The notes under the pieces were generated by a model. The model searched no databases and was not told the DNA's origin. It saw nothing but the letters and a program-made list of their open reading frames with translations. Made by a program: the position numbers and the translations under genes. From Octopus sinensis (Eukaryota), in the NCBI RefSeq assembly GCF_006345805.1, contig NC_043004.1, forward strand, positions 1,364,001 through 1,428,000: a stretch of 64,000 nt of DNA, in the 5' to 3' direction. This document shows, in pieces, positions 1 to 12,389 of this stretch (position 1 is the first letter of the stretch; every line of letters begins with the position of its first letter).

Positions 1-200
1 CACAGAGAGTGATAAGGGTCACCTTTTGAAATAAAGGTACAACAAGAACAGGAAGAAAGAGTGAGAGAAAGTTATGGTGAAAGTGTACAGCAGGGTTCGC
101 CACCACCACCCTGCCGGAGCCTCGTGGGGCTTTAGATGTTTTCGTTCAATAAACACTCACAACGCCCGGTCTGGGAATCGAAACCGTGATCCTACGAACG
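1..200 (-). mobile_element. tRNA-headed SINE family A, 5' part (runs off window start)
   Basis: Reverse complement of the 5' half of the copy at 8519-8875, including the B-box-like ggtttcgattcccagaccggg. Confidence 0.8.
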
Positions 201-206
201 GGTATA

Positions 207-292
<86 letters not shown>

Positions 293-295
293 CAT

Positions 296-332
<37 letters not shown>

Positions 333-639
333 CGTACAGCCAGTATGTGAGATGCTCAATATAGAAAACACGTAATAGTGCTCAAATGAAGTTTTTATCG
401 AGGACTAGGTCCACGGCTTCTTTCTCCCCCCTCTCTCTCTCTTTCTTCTATATATATATATATATATATATACGTGTGTGTGTGTGTGTGTGTGTGTGAG
501 TTTGAATATATTTGTATATGAATATTTGTGAATATATTTCTGTATGAATGTATATGTGTCTGTGATTTGATTCTATGGCCCCTTTTCTTCTTATTGTTAG
601 AATTCTTCCTAGAACGGTGCTCATTTCTAACAAAGAAAC

Positions 640-1106
640 ACAACTCCCTCGTTGGAAATTTTTATAACAAAAACAAAGCAATTGTTACATGCTGGACTTT
701 TGGCAATTCTTGCATATCTTTTATTGTTCTATTTGCGCAGTGTATTTATAAATTGTGTAGTGGCTAGTGTCTTTCCAGATAGACTGTGAGTGACATTGTT
801 TCAGTAGATGTTTGCAGTTGATGTCAGGATCTTGTGAGTTTTAATGTCAATGGATAGGATTTCCGATATAAATCAAGTATCCGCAAAATTGGTACTGTAT
901 TAGGACTGAAAATGCATTTTGGTATGTTGTCTTGTTGCAAGAAGAACGCTCCGACTGCCATATTTTTTAGAATTTGGCATAAGATCTGGAATATCTGGTA
1001 TACTATTCTTTGGCTAATCTATTTTTGTTCATAGCACCTTTTTGTTCATAGCACATGTAAGAGTATGCATGTTTGAATGTGAGCGTGTTTGTGTATATGT
1101 GTGTTC

Positions 1107-1139
<33 letters not shown>

Positions 1140-2760
1140 CATATCGTGGTACTCCGTCGGTTACGACGACGTGGATTCCAGTTGATCCGATTAACGGAAC
1201 AGCCTGCTCTTGAAATTAGCGTGCAAGTGGCTGAGCACCCCACAGACACGTGTACCCTTAACGTAGTTCTCGGTGAGATTCAACGTGACACAGAGAGTGA
1301 TAAGATGTATTTTATTCATTACTTAGGTATTTTAAGCGTGGAGTAGAAAAGGTAGAGTGGTCAACGATGGAAAGGTCCCGGGTTTGGGGAAACTTTCCCA
1401 TCATCCATTTGTTAACCATGAACATTTTTGTTGACCAAATGCCGTCTTTAAGTCAGCAGAAAATGTCGTGACTAAATCCAGCTGTTTCTCAGCACTGTGA
1501 ATATTTCGAATATAGATTTTTATGTCATTCTCAAAGAAGTTATGGGTTACATTAGCATTTCAATGGCAGCAGGTACTTTTGCCAATTGTAGTGACCTCAG
1601 AAACCAGGAATGGGGAATGGAATCGAAAACCTTTCTGCAATTAAGCCTTGCTGTTACAAGGTTTCTGCGGTGTTTTCTCACTTCGGACAATACAGCTAGC
1701 TATATTTATTAAGTTGTTTGGTGCAACCCCAGACCTCTTTTTTTCCTATCTGACTGTCACCAGTGGCCGTTGGAACAGTAAATTCACAATTATCTTGAAA
1801 CAATTGGTTATGTACAGTTCGTACATAAAGTTAAGGCAGACCAGAAGGCCTATAAGTTATTTGCAAAGACAATGCTTTCGTTCTTGGCTACAAGATTTGT
1901 TCGTGTGATGGCAGGCCAGTTTGGTATGTTAACTTGGTTTTTGCAAGTTCTATGAATATATATTATGATTGCATTTCTCTAAAAAAAAAAGACAACAGTT
2001 TGTACCAGTAACCGAGTAAAAAGTCTCTTCCTGGTGATTCCTATAATGCATCTTTGCCAAAGCCTTGGTTGAAATTTCCGCGTCCATAGTATAAGTTTTA
2101 CAATAGATATTGGTACAATAATCATGCGTTATTGTGTGACAGTCCATGTTGCATTCTATTTTAAAAGTTCCATTTCACTCAAGATCTTGGGAGCAGAATA
2201 ATTTTAGATCATTATGGAAAGAGACTTTTTCTCTATGAATGGTATATTTTCCTTCATCCTCCAATGTACAACTTGTGAACTGGAAGCAAATTCGCAGTTT
2301 ATGTTGGTTCCTTCTCATATCTTTTTGTTTTCTTTCGATAGCGGAATTTTTCATTTTAGACTTTGAGTTCATGCATTGCGGTTATCAATTGTCCATCGAA
2401 AATAAGAATAGAATCTCTGTATATGTATGTAATTTTCCAATAAGATGTAAGTGTGCTATGGACTTTTCTCCTTACATTTTATAACGGCTTCAAACCGCCC
2501 GATTCTGCGGCACCAATTGTTTATGCCTTCCTCAAGTACCGTTACCTATTCGGGGTTATTTATGTTGAGTTGTTTCATTGTCTCGTATTCCACAAATATC
2601 TTGTATGAGTTCTTTTCGGGATAGCAGCAGCTGTAGACTGGCGAGTATGGATATTTCAATGCATGTTGCCGCTCTTTTCTATAAAGTTCCTACTGATATC
2701 GTCAGTAACCTTTACTATTAAAGTGGTCGGCTTTTTTCAAACTGTTGTCAAAACGGCCTG
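640..2760 (-). mobile_element. Decayed R4/Dong-like non-LTR retrotransposon (RT region and downstream), interrupted by a microsatellite and SINE at ~1050-1305
   Basis: Frameshifted minus-strand translation gives NYRP-like, GKKEVWGCTKQL, RKHRRNLVTARLNCRKVFDSIPHSWFL, NVTHNFFENDIKIY, DLVTTFSADLKTAFGQQKC, KIWQSERSSCNK and IDIKTHKILT. These are collinear with the younger RT at 38159-39118 and its downstream region. Confidence 0.75.
1145..1304 (-). mobile_element. SINE family A, 3' part
   Basis: Reverse complement of 8715-8875 (cacgttgaatctcaccgagaactacgttaaggg...gtcgtcgtaaccgacggagtacca). Confidence 0.8.
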
Positions 2761-2835
2761 TTATTTAACGATAATTTAGAGGAGATGAAAAACTGTCTTC
2801 AAACTGTAGCTTTGAAATGCTTTTATGTAGTACTA

Positions 2836-3057
2836 TACGATGGATGTTCTGGAAAGTTCCTGGCTTTAAGGGTGTTGAGAAAGGCCTGATTGGAAGCATA
2901 GACTTTCGAGTTCTTTTACACGGCTTAGAAAAACGGAAGGACCGCTGCAATAAGCGTGTGACACTGAGAGGGGAATGCGTTGTATAAAATCATAATTAAC
3001 TGATCCTCCTCTATTTTCTTTTACCCAAAGCCAGGAACTTTTCGGCCCCACCATGTA
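2836..3057 (-). mobile_element. Mariner-type MITE (~220 bp)
   Basis: Imperfect TIRs (tacgatggatgttctggaaagttcctggc / gccaggaacttttcggccccaccatgta) with TA ends; homologous over its full length to 62666-62889. Confidence 0.75.
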
Positions 3058-3322
3058 TATTTCAGTGATCTTCGTCGGATCGGCGTATGGAGATATTGAT
3101 CTGCGAGTGTTGTGTGATAGCGGTACTGTGTAGAGGTTTCGTAAGTTTGAATGAAATTCGTCCCTTCTTTAACCTCTTCACACACACACATATATATTTG
3201 GTTATATATACATGTGGATGTATATATATAAACTTACTTGGGAATGGATGCAGGGCGTTCAGTTAAGCAATAGTATGAATAATAATACATATGTATATAT
3301 ATATACATATTATTTATATATG

Positions 3323-3354
<32 letters not shown>

Positions 3355-3424
3355 TGTAAACTTCCTTTGGAATGGATGCGTGTCGTTCAATTAAGTAATA
3401 ATATAAATATATATATATGCCTAT

Positions 3425-3700
3425 ATGTGTACAGGACGTCACCAACTCTGTAAATAACACGGAATACGACAAAAAAAAGCAATGAAATATGCAAACAACG
3501 AGAGAAAAACATGGAAAACAGGACAAGTAAACACAAAAAACGACTCTTCATCAGTTGTCGGCTGTCTATCTACTCCTCATTTCAAGCATTCAACGACATT
3601 ATGATTCTCCAAAGACAGTTGCTCCCATAAATTCTAAAATAAAATTTAGGATTTATGAAAGGTCATGAAAGATCAAAGTTGGGAAGACAGTTGGCGATAT
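3425..3700. repeat. Interspersed repeat, probably derived from a PLE terminal repeat
   Basis: Reverse-complement homologue at ~15140-15295 (cagccgacaactgatgaag...gtgacgtcctgt); contains CTGATGAAG but no complete ribozyme. Confidence 0.45.
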
Positions 3701-3724
3701 CCTTTACCCATATATGCATGTATA

Positions 3725-3757
<33 letters not shown>

Positions 3758-3759
<2 letters not shown>

Positions 3760-4359
3760 CAATCAATATAAGGGTAACAAAAAATTCAAGAAAAATTTTC
3801 TGCCACCAGCGGTCAAGTGAGAAAATAGAAATAGTCACAGACTATTTGATACATTCAACAAAATATTAAGGAATGACCCTGAGAAGGTCGTTCGACTCAC
3901 TTGAAAAGAGCAGCTAAAACTCAAAACCGCAAAAAATAGTAGTAATTCTGAAACTAGAGGAAAATAAAAAAACATTTATCCCCTTCAAACTTTGTACCCT
4001 GCAAGGTTTCAACATCTTCACGCAACCAAATTTAATTAAATTAAATTAAATCCGTTTACGCTTGGCTTGTCTCGTCAGCAAAGTCACCAAAATAGGAGGC
4101 AGATATATATACACGAGGCTACACCATCTAAGCCTCGGGTCTATATATCGTAAATTTTCGAATTCACCGTAATCGCGCCATCTACTCCGCAGCAAATATA
4201 AGCTGCTGATACAAATTTCAGAATTAGTCAAAAATTCATTAATCAATCAATATAAGGGTAACAAAAAAAAAAAAATACTATTTTTTGCGGTTTTGAGTTT
4301 TAGCTGCTCTTTTCAAGTGAGTCGAACGACCTTCTCAGGGTCATTCCTTAATATTTTGT

Positions 4360-4360
<1 letters not shown>
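3758..4360. mobile_element. PLE-like fold-back element between (TA)n tracts
   Basis: Perfect ~85-bp inverted repeat (3857-3941 / 4276-4360) plus direct repeat atcaatcaatataagggtaacaaaaaa at 3758 and 4242; (TA)n on both flanks. Confidence 0.6.
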
Positions 4361-4395
<35 letters not shown>

Positions 4396-4464
4396 ATATA
4401 TATAATATATATATATGCGAAAAGTTCAATCGTCACTAATATATGTATGTATATATTTATATAT

Positions 4465-4640
4465 GTAGGGAGAATTGAGAATTAACAAAATAAAAAAAAG
4501 ACGAAGGCAGGTGGTGTAGACAACCAACAGATGTATTAATATAACGCTCGGGAAGTGAAAAAGTCTTTAACGTTCGAGCTTACGCTCTTCCACAGAAAGG
4601 AACACTGAAAGAAACAAAGAGAGAAAATAAAGAATGTGTC
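4465..4640 (-). mobile_element. PLE terminal-repeat-like element with variant hammerhead motif (4564-4599)
   Basis: Same family as 41870-41975 and 47790-47895; minus strand reads ctttCTGTGGAagagcgtaagctcGAAcGTTaaag. Confidence 0.55.
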
Positions 4641-4989
4641 TGCACTGGCGAGACGAATTTGTTGTCAATTAATAAAAGCGGCTTACTGAGTTGATTGACC
4701 TTTCCAATAGTTAGGAACCACTGAAAAAATTCATTTTAAGTAGAGGGTTCCTTAGTTGGGAAGCATTGTTTTAGTGTCCGACTGGTACCCACTGTACAGA
4801 ACCCGATGAAATTAAAACGAAGTCAGTCCCATTCAGGAATGAATCAAAGACATGGGAAAAAAATTGCTTCAACTCAAAATGTACAGATTCGAATCAGAAA
4901 GGGAAGAAATGAACGATTTCCTATGAAAGAGAGAAACACTCCTGTTTGCTTGATGCACTCACGATTCTGCTTTTAATCAACAATGTATT

Positions 4990-5046
4990 CCTCTCTCCCT
5001 TTATTCATCCGCTCTTTCATAATACATACACACATGTATGTGTGTA

Positions 5047-5084
<38 letters not shown>

Positions 5085-5158
5085 CACACACACACACACA
5101 TATATATATGTCTATATACTTATGTATATGCATATATATATCTATATACATATGTATA

Positions 5159-5202
<44 letters not shown>

Positions 5203-5570
5203 CATACATACATACATATATATATATATATGTGTGTGTGTATGCATGTATATATACATATATATATATATAATATATATATATATAATATATATATATA
5301 TATATGTGTGTGTGTATGCATGTATATATGTGTGTGTGTCTGTATGCATGTATATATATATATATATATTATATATATATATTATATATATGTATGTATT
5401 AGCTATCTGCTGTCTGTCTTTCACTCACTCTTTCGCATTCTTTCTTTCTTTCTTTTTTATTTCTCTGTCTCTCTCTCCACACACACTCACACGCACACAC
5501 ACACACACCACACACACACACACACTCACACACACATACATATATTCATACACAGGCACGCACACACATA
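4990..5570. repeat. Compound (TA)n/(TG)n/(CA)n microsatellite
   Basis: Direct reading; source of the overlapping YI/HT/CV pseudo-ORFs. Confidence 0.95.
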
Positions 5571-6159
5571 TCTCGTTCTATAATGGTTTCCTAATATCTG
5601 ACTTGTAAATAGCGCAATGTTAATAATATGCGTGTGTATATATATATGTATGTGTGTATGTGTGCGTGCGTGTGTGCGCGCTCAAGCCGTAGATTTTTCA
5701 GTAACAATACTATTTATTCATGTAATATAATAAAGCTGGAACTAGTCTGGTTCTTAACATGTAAAATCGAAAATAGCTATCTCCTAAACAGCACTAATAA
5801 ATTGAATATACACCATAGAGATGCAGCAATATTTTCGGTTCATTTGTAACTCATGCCAAAGCATTCCCTATTATTAGCTGTTACTATATCGGCTCTGATT
5901 GTACAGGACCCAGAAATGTATGCGAGAATTATACACATATGTGTAAGTCTGTTTACTAAATGGACGTGAATGAGCCAATATATGTACAATAAATACTGGC
6001 TTAGCATTAAGATTAGTGTTCGAATGGTAGGACATGCTTAAACGATAAAAGTATGAATTATTTGGCATCAATTGTATAAATGTTTATTGATATTGTTAAG
6101 AGTCATTCGTATAATAAGGTTATCAGAGCTATGTCAAATGCAATGCTTACAAGATTGTG

Positions 6160-6471
6160 TTGTGTGTTGTGTGTGTACGTACGCATGTATGTATGTATGT
6201 ATGTATGTATGTATGTATGTATGTATGTATGTATGTATGTATGTATGCATGTATGTATGTGTGTATGTGTGTATTTATGTATGTATGTATGTATATATAT
6301 ATACATATATATATACATACATATATATATACATATATGTATATATATATATTTATTATGTGTGTGTGTAGGTATTTTTATTTGATATATATATATCCTT
6401 GTATATATATATATATAAATATAAATATATATATATGTATGTATATATATATGTATATATGTATATATGTA

Positions 6472-6516
<45 letters not shown>

Positions 6517-6590
6517 ATATGTATATATATATATACATATATATATATGTATGTATATATATATATATATATATATGCTACAGACATGCA
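6160..6590. repeat. Compound (TATG)n/(TA)n microsatellite
   Basis: Direct reading. Confidence 0.95.
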
Positions 6591-7029
6591 TATAGTTACA
6601 ACATTCATACATACAGATCTACCTGCTTACATATATGCCTACATGCATTCACACACACAGACACACAGACACATGTATGCATATAGAACCGTATTCGGTA
6701 ATTCACCTAACCCTAATTTTCTCTCTATTGAAACTGTAACTCATCTATTTCGCATGTTAACCAGACTAAATGCGACGTTAACAAATATGGACGAGCGGCT
6801 GAATAACACGCTGGTTAACAGAGTTCGTTCTTTGATTTGCTCAATGAATGGTAGAAACTGGTACTGTGCCAGCTCAAAAGATGAAATAAATCTTCGTGTT
6901 GTATACTAAAATATTCGTTGTATCGATACGAAAAAATAAAATAAAGAAATATGTCACTGTCAAGTTATTTGTTAATGAATAACTGCAGTGGTACTCGGAG
7001 CTTCATTAAAAAGTACATGTCATCACATC

Positions 7030-7337
7030 GTAGTCAATGACAAAACATGGGTATTCATACGGTTGTGAGTTCAATTCCCGGCAGCAGGTTGTGTTCTTGA
7101 GCAAGACCTTTTATTTTATGTTGCTCCAGTCCACTCAGCTGGCAAAAATGAGTAATACTTGTATTTCAAAGGGTCAGCTTTGTCACATTCTGTCACGCTG
7201 AAACCCTCCGAGAATTACGTTGAAGGTTCGAGTGTGTGCGGAATGCTCAGCCAGCTGCTAGTTAATTTCACGAGTAGGGGCTGTTCTGTTGATTGGATCA
7301 ACTGGAACACTCGTCGTCGTAACCGACGGAGTGCCAG
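7030..7337 (+). mobile_element. tRNA-headed SINE with CORE-like centre and family-A 3' half
   Basis: B-box-like gagttcaattccc, then gtgttcttgagcaagac...gctccagtccactcagctgg, then a 3' half homologous to 8700-8875. Confidence 0.7.
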
Positions 7338-8160
7338 TATTTAGAGAAGTGGAGCAGGAAACAAATTTTTATATATTCCGATATTCCGTTGGCATACAAT
7401 TTCTATGTTACGTTGGTTTTAATAAAATGGAAAGGTGGAAGTGAACATAACATTTATATATGTATATTATGGTTCAGAAGTGGAAGTGCTACGCCCGTGA
7501 CCTTTTAAAGTTTTCAAGGCTGGAGGAAAAAAGGAAAGAATAATCTCTGATACATGTACTGTTGTTTAGCCTCAGTTCTACGATAAAAGCATCTCAGCCA
7601 GCTATCATCCCATTTGTTTTTGATTATTATCCATATTGTGTCCTTTCTTTGGTAACATTGTTGGATGTTGTTTGAACGGAATCTGACTTCTTTTTCTAGC
7701 AGATGAAGGGGGCCACATAAAGGTCCATGTGTCACTGGTGTAGGAATCAGCTCATTAAGATACGGAGTTATCCTCAGACTGAAAGCCAACTTTAAATACT
7801 TGTCACAGAGAAGATTGCTAATGGTTCAAGGACCAGGTAACAGAGTAACTCTAATGACCAATGACAGGCAAAAACCCATCCGAGGGGCTTCCACGTCTTG
7901 CAAGTTTCCTTAAAATCGTTTGGATTGAAATGACGTTGACGTAGAAGTCAGTTACCCAAGGCGCAACTCATATTGCGCTGATAAGGACTAATAAGACTGA
8001 TACATCATTGGAATCGCCACCCTATCGCTAATGACCAAGTATTCAGAACAACCTGTTTAAATACCCGAAGTAAAACATAAGGCGGCATACAATACTACAA
8101 GAAAGAACAGATAAAATTGAGCGGGCCATAAAAAATATGTAATAGAAAACTATAGTTAAT

Positions 8161-8257
8161 ACAGTTCTATATTTAAGCGATGAGGAATTATGTACATTGT
8201 TTACATTATTTACATTTGACGGATATTTGTTCTCATCTTGTTTGTTGTTAACACAAC
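8161..8257 (-). mobile_element. Truncated single arm of the hammerhead fold-back family (see 27516-27923)
   Basis: Near identity to 33315-33417 and 27516-27626; homology stops at cacaac. Confidence 0.75.
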
Positions 8258-8518
8258 AACTCATCTTCCCAATCCATTAATAAATTTTCATTCGGTAAGC
8301 TTCTCTTAATATTTTCTTCCATCCATTGTGTTTAGTTATAACACCCAGTGCCCTTTCACTTATACTTCGCCAGTTATCTACGATTTACCGTAGTAATCTT
8401 TGATGAGGTCTGTTAAACCGAAATATGTCCGGACATGTCACCATCTTGCATACCAGACTCATGCACATTATATTTAATTATTTAATTAAATATATTTATT
8501 TAATTAATTTTAATTGTG

Positions 8519-8875
8519 GAGATGCAATGGCCCAGTGGTTAGGGCAGCGGACTCGCGGTCGTAGGATCGCAGTTTCAATTCCCAGACTGGGCGTTGTGAG
8601 TGTTTACTGAGCGAAAATGCCTAAATCTCCACAAGGCTCCGGCAGAAGGTGGTGGCGAACACTAATGTACTCTTTCATCACACATTTCTCTCACTGTACC
8701 TGTATTCCAAAAGGCCAGTCTTGTCACACTCTGTGTCACGCTAAATCTCCCCAGGAACTACGTTAAGGGTGCGTGTCTGTGGAGTGCTCAGCCACTTGTA
8801 TGTTAATTTCACGAGCAGGCTGTTCCGTTGATCGTATCAACTGGAACCCTCGTTGTCGTAACCGAGGGAGTGCCA
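8519..8875 (+). mobile_element. SINE family A, full length
   Basis: A-box tggcccagtggttagg and B-box agtttcaattccc in a tRNA-like head; partial copies at 1-200, 1145-1304 and 7160-7337. Confidence 0.85.
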
Positions 8876-8899
8876 CGACGAATTTTAATTGACAAGATT

Positions 8900-9300
8900 C
8901 GTTGCTGACCCAACACAGTCCCTGAATGTATTCAAGATGCCATTCGAATCATCTCCTGCACTAAAGAGCGGTATGTTTCAAGGAAGGATTCCTGACGCAT
9001 GAAGAAATGTGACCACTCTGCTCCTGTCAAGACATAAGAGGTTAGTATTCTGGAGGTATGGCCGTCACTGATGGTCACATCCAGCACTAACGACTTACCT
9101 TCTAGATTCGGCAAGACGCATCGTATCGAAAGATCCAGTCCTTTCAGAAGCAGAACAACGACTCTGCCTTCCATTCTCGACAGACATGGAAATGTGTACA
9201 CATCTTAGCCGCCAGAGATGGGTGCAAAGTTTGTGCCTTGGAAACTCTCGTCTCACTGATAGCCACCACATCTATGTTAAGTGATTTGTTGTGTACATGT
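8900..9300 (-). pseudogene. Decayed apurinic endonuclease (APE) fragment of an L1/Tx1-like LINE
   Basis: Translations NIDVVAISETRVSK and GRVVVLLLKGLDLSIRCVLPNLEGKSLVLDVTISDG match the APE N-terminal motifs of L1/Tx1 ORF2. Confidence 0.7.
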
Positions 9301-9693
9301 GTGAGTGTGTTCATTATCATCATCATCATCATCACCATCACCACCACCACCACCACCACCACCACCATCATCAACAACATCAATAACAAATCGTCTTTTG
9401 TGACAACGAATATATTTTTAAGACAATGGTTGAGTAAAGCCAGAACGAAGAAGAAAGGAAAAGATAAGATACAGTGAAGGAAGAAGAAGAAGAAAAAAAA
9501 ATGGGAAGAGAAAAAGGGAAGAATAAGAGTACATTAAAAACAACAGCAACAATATTAGAAGCATCAACGACATAATCAACATAAAACAATAAAGAATTAA
9601 GACTTATGATAACTAAGAAAGTAAAAACAAAACAAATCAGGTTATTACCATTGTTTGACAATCGATATACTTTATAAAAAGAAAAAAAAATCG

Positions 9694-9729
<36 letters not shown>

Positions 9730-9819
9730 GTTATTATTATTATTGTTATTGTTATTATTATTATTGCTGATGAAACTTGCATTTGCTGTATTGTTTAAGT
9801 TTATTTTGTTGTTGTTTTC

Positions 9820-9850
9820 CTATTGGCTTTGACGTCATAGCACCCGCCGT
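9820..9850. promoter_or_regulatory. Possible promoter motif cluster (CCAAT box, CRE, GC-rich)
   Basis: ATTGG at 9822-9826, TGACGTCA at 9830-9837, cccgcc after it; motif match only. Confidence 0.25.
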
Positions 9851-10174
9851 CCACCAAGCTGCAGGATTTGTGCATTAATAAAACTGAGCAGTGTCTCTTT
9901 TTGAAAAGCAGGATTATTCAGTCAGTGTTATGACGACATTAGCTTTTATCGTCAGTTCTAACAACGGCAGCAGTGACCACAGCTGGTACGGTGCAATGCT
10001 CTCATTCGTGTTTTATATGTGTTTTGGTTGACTGTTATTGTTGCAGTGGTATAGTTTCTTGGACACTAACAAAAACGGAAAAAAAAAAGAAAAGAGTGAA
10101 ATGCTTGTAATTACCAATATATAAAATATATAAAAGAAATTAGAAGTAAATCAAACTACAAATGACATCGGGAT

Positions 10175-10790
10175 TCATGGCCTGGCAGTGGTACCGGGGG
10201 CGTGGGTGGGGGAAGCATTGCCATTTCGTGATAAACTCTACAGGCATGTTAGTGCTGTCAGCCGCACTTATTCGAGGTGCCCGCAGAGAGACGGAAACTG
10301 TCTTGCGCCCGTTGGTACAGGGCTCGAATATTGCTGACTAGTGGGGTTGATGTCGAACAGCGTACTATCACGTGTTGGACGAATCTGGTTATCGGCCAAC
10401 TCCAACTTGAATTCGGTTCCTTTGGTCTTCCTTTGGTCGGGAAGGGCAAACAGTTTTAACCTGTCTTGCGGATAGGGTAAAAGAAGTTGTGTTGAGGACG
10501 ACACTGAAAGGAGTGACGACAGTCCATTTGAAAAAGAAAAAGAAGGCTGTGAGGAATGGGCTGTTCCCCAGTAAAATTGTTGAAAGGTGGGTGAATGTGG
10601 TGAGGATGGTCCGAGTGAGTGGTCATCTTTATGTTGGCGCCTGTAAGCTGAGGAAAAAGGAGAGAGAGGAATACTTGCTATGGTACTTCTGGTGAGCAGG
10701 GTGGATCAGGATATGTGGGGTACCTTGTTTGCCCCTGGGTGACATTCTACCCCTTATGGAGGAATTCGATTAAAATGATTGTAATTGGTT
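10175..10790 (+). pseudogene. Decayed 3' end (zf-RVT-like region) of an L1/Tx1-like LINE
   Basis: Frameshifted translation AWQ...LPFRDKLYRHVSAVSRTYSRCPQRD...SFGREGQTV...KEVVLRTTLKG...IVERWVNVVRMVRVSG. Confidence 0.65.
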
Positions 10791-10880
10791 TTAATTAACA
10801 AATTTTATGTAAACCCCACTGTCCTTTGTCATTGAATTTCACTAAATGTTCATGCGGCCCTTGAGGCCAATAAAGAAAGA

Positions 10881-10920
<40 letters not shown>

Positions 10921-11079
10921 GTTGTTGTTGTTGTTATAATTATTTTACTTTTAATCTGCATGTTAATTACAATCACTTGCCGCGACACACCCAGCGTCCT
11001 AGGGCGGTTGAAGGATAAGAGATGTTACCGCATGATTGAAAGCTTGAGGAGGGGAAGTGGCAGTGGCAGTAGCGAAATA

Positions 11080-11560
11080 TCTTCATGTAATACGACAAAG
11101 ACATTTAGATGGATAGGGCTTTTCTAAGGACGTGGGCATTACTTGTCAGCACAATCTTTTGGATTTCTCTAAAACATGGTTCTCCTGGGACCATATTTAA
11201 ATGTTTCTGACATCCCTTTTTTTTATCATACTTAGAGTACCTACAAAATTTAATAACTATGCAACGTCCTTTAAAATCTGGCACAAATGCAATACCACGA
11301 ATTTCGGGTAATTGCAGATATTTGAAAGAGAGGTACATCAACTATTCTAGCAACTGGAAGGTTTTTAAAATATGCAAACTTCACACCGATGGTAGCAGAA
11401 CGTGTAGGCTCTGCAATGCAGAAACATGCCTAAAGCGTTCACAGGATACTAGTACCTGTTTCAATGTAGAAAGTGAAGCTTTTGGAGTTGCCCTCATACC
11501 ACCAAATACGTATTCATATTTTGGTCTCCGGTCACACAGATTCTGCACGAGACTATAAGA
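11080..11560 (+). mobile_element. Possible highly decayed DNA transposase C-terminus (piggyBac-like)
   Basis: Weak remnants only: FFYH, HEFRVI and a Cys-rich RTCRLCNAETC segment in the order expected for a piggyBac C-terminus. Confidence 0.25.
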
Positions 11561-11749
11561 ACACTTTATTACTATTTTATTAACATTTATTACTGTTTTA
11601 TTGTTGAGTTTTATTAATTTTTATGATTTATATAAATTAATATAGATAATTGATAATATACAGTATATATAATATATATATAGATTAATATAGACTAATA
11701 TACTAGTGTTAGTGGATTTGCGTGCAATGAGTATATACATGTGTAAGTA

Positions 11750-11784
<35 letters not shown>

Positions 11785-11989
11785 ATATAAATGTGTATAC
11801 AAGTATGTATGTACACACGTTTATATTTTTACATTTCACGTTTATATCTGTCTATAATTATACATCAATATTTTATCTAACTTTATCATGTTATTCATCA
11901 CTCAGATCCCATATATTAATACATGTTCATACACACACAGACGCCTGCACGCACACACACACACAGTCGCCTGCACACACACATACATA

Positions 11990-12277
11990 ATTAAACATAC
12001 GTGTACATTTTATACATTTCTTCGTAATATAAATTTTTCATGTACTTTATATGCTTCATATATACATACATAGTACATTACACACACATACATAAATACA
12101 TACACACACGCACACACACACACAAACACACATATATACACACACATACACACAAACACACACACACATATATGTAGACACATTTACGCACATACATACA
12201 CACATAATTATAACTCTCTCTCTCAATATATATATATGTATATATATGTATATATATGTATTTATACATATATATAC

Positions 12278-12310
<33 letters not shown>

Positions 12311-12349
12311 CTTATATATACATACATACATATATATAATTATACATAT

Positions 12350-12389
<40 letters not shown>

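Noticed and set aside
3225-3400. Diverged ~45-bp direct duplication separated by (TA)n
   Set aside because: Ordinary slippage-associated duplication with no further structure.
3876-3915. CTGAGAAG...GAAA in the 3857-3941 arm as a hammerhead
   Set aside because: Core spacing is off and no convincing stem I, stem III or NUH site is present.
4983-6909. Long ORFs rich in YI/CV/HT/MYVC (also at 11.7-12.6, 21.2-21.9, 23.5-26.5 and 63.1-63.6 kb)
   Set aside because: Stop-free translations of dinucleotide and tetranucleotide microsatellites; no coding signal.
6700-6909. Non-repetitive tail of the 250-aa ORF and a 9-bp inverted repeat gttaaccag/ctggttaac
   Set aside because: No domain; the interior does not pair, so neither an exon nor a hairpin RNA is supported.
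8519-8595. tRNA-like sequences with A and B boxes (also 18894, 20188, 43433, 44419, 58403)
   Set aside because: They are SINE heads continuing directly into SINE bodies; no complete cloverleaf was evident.
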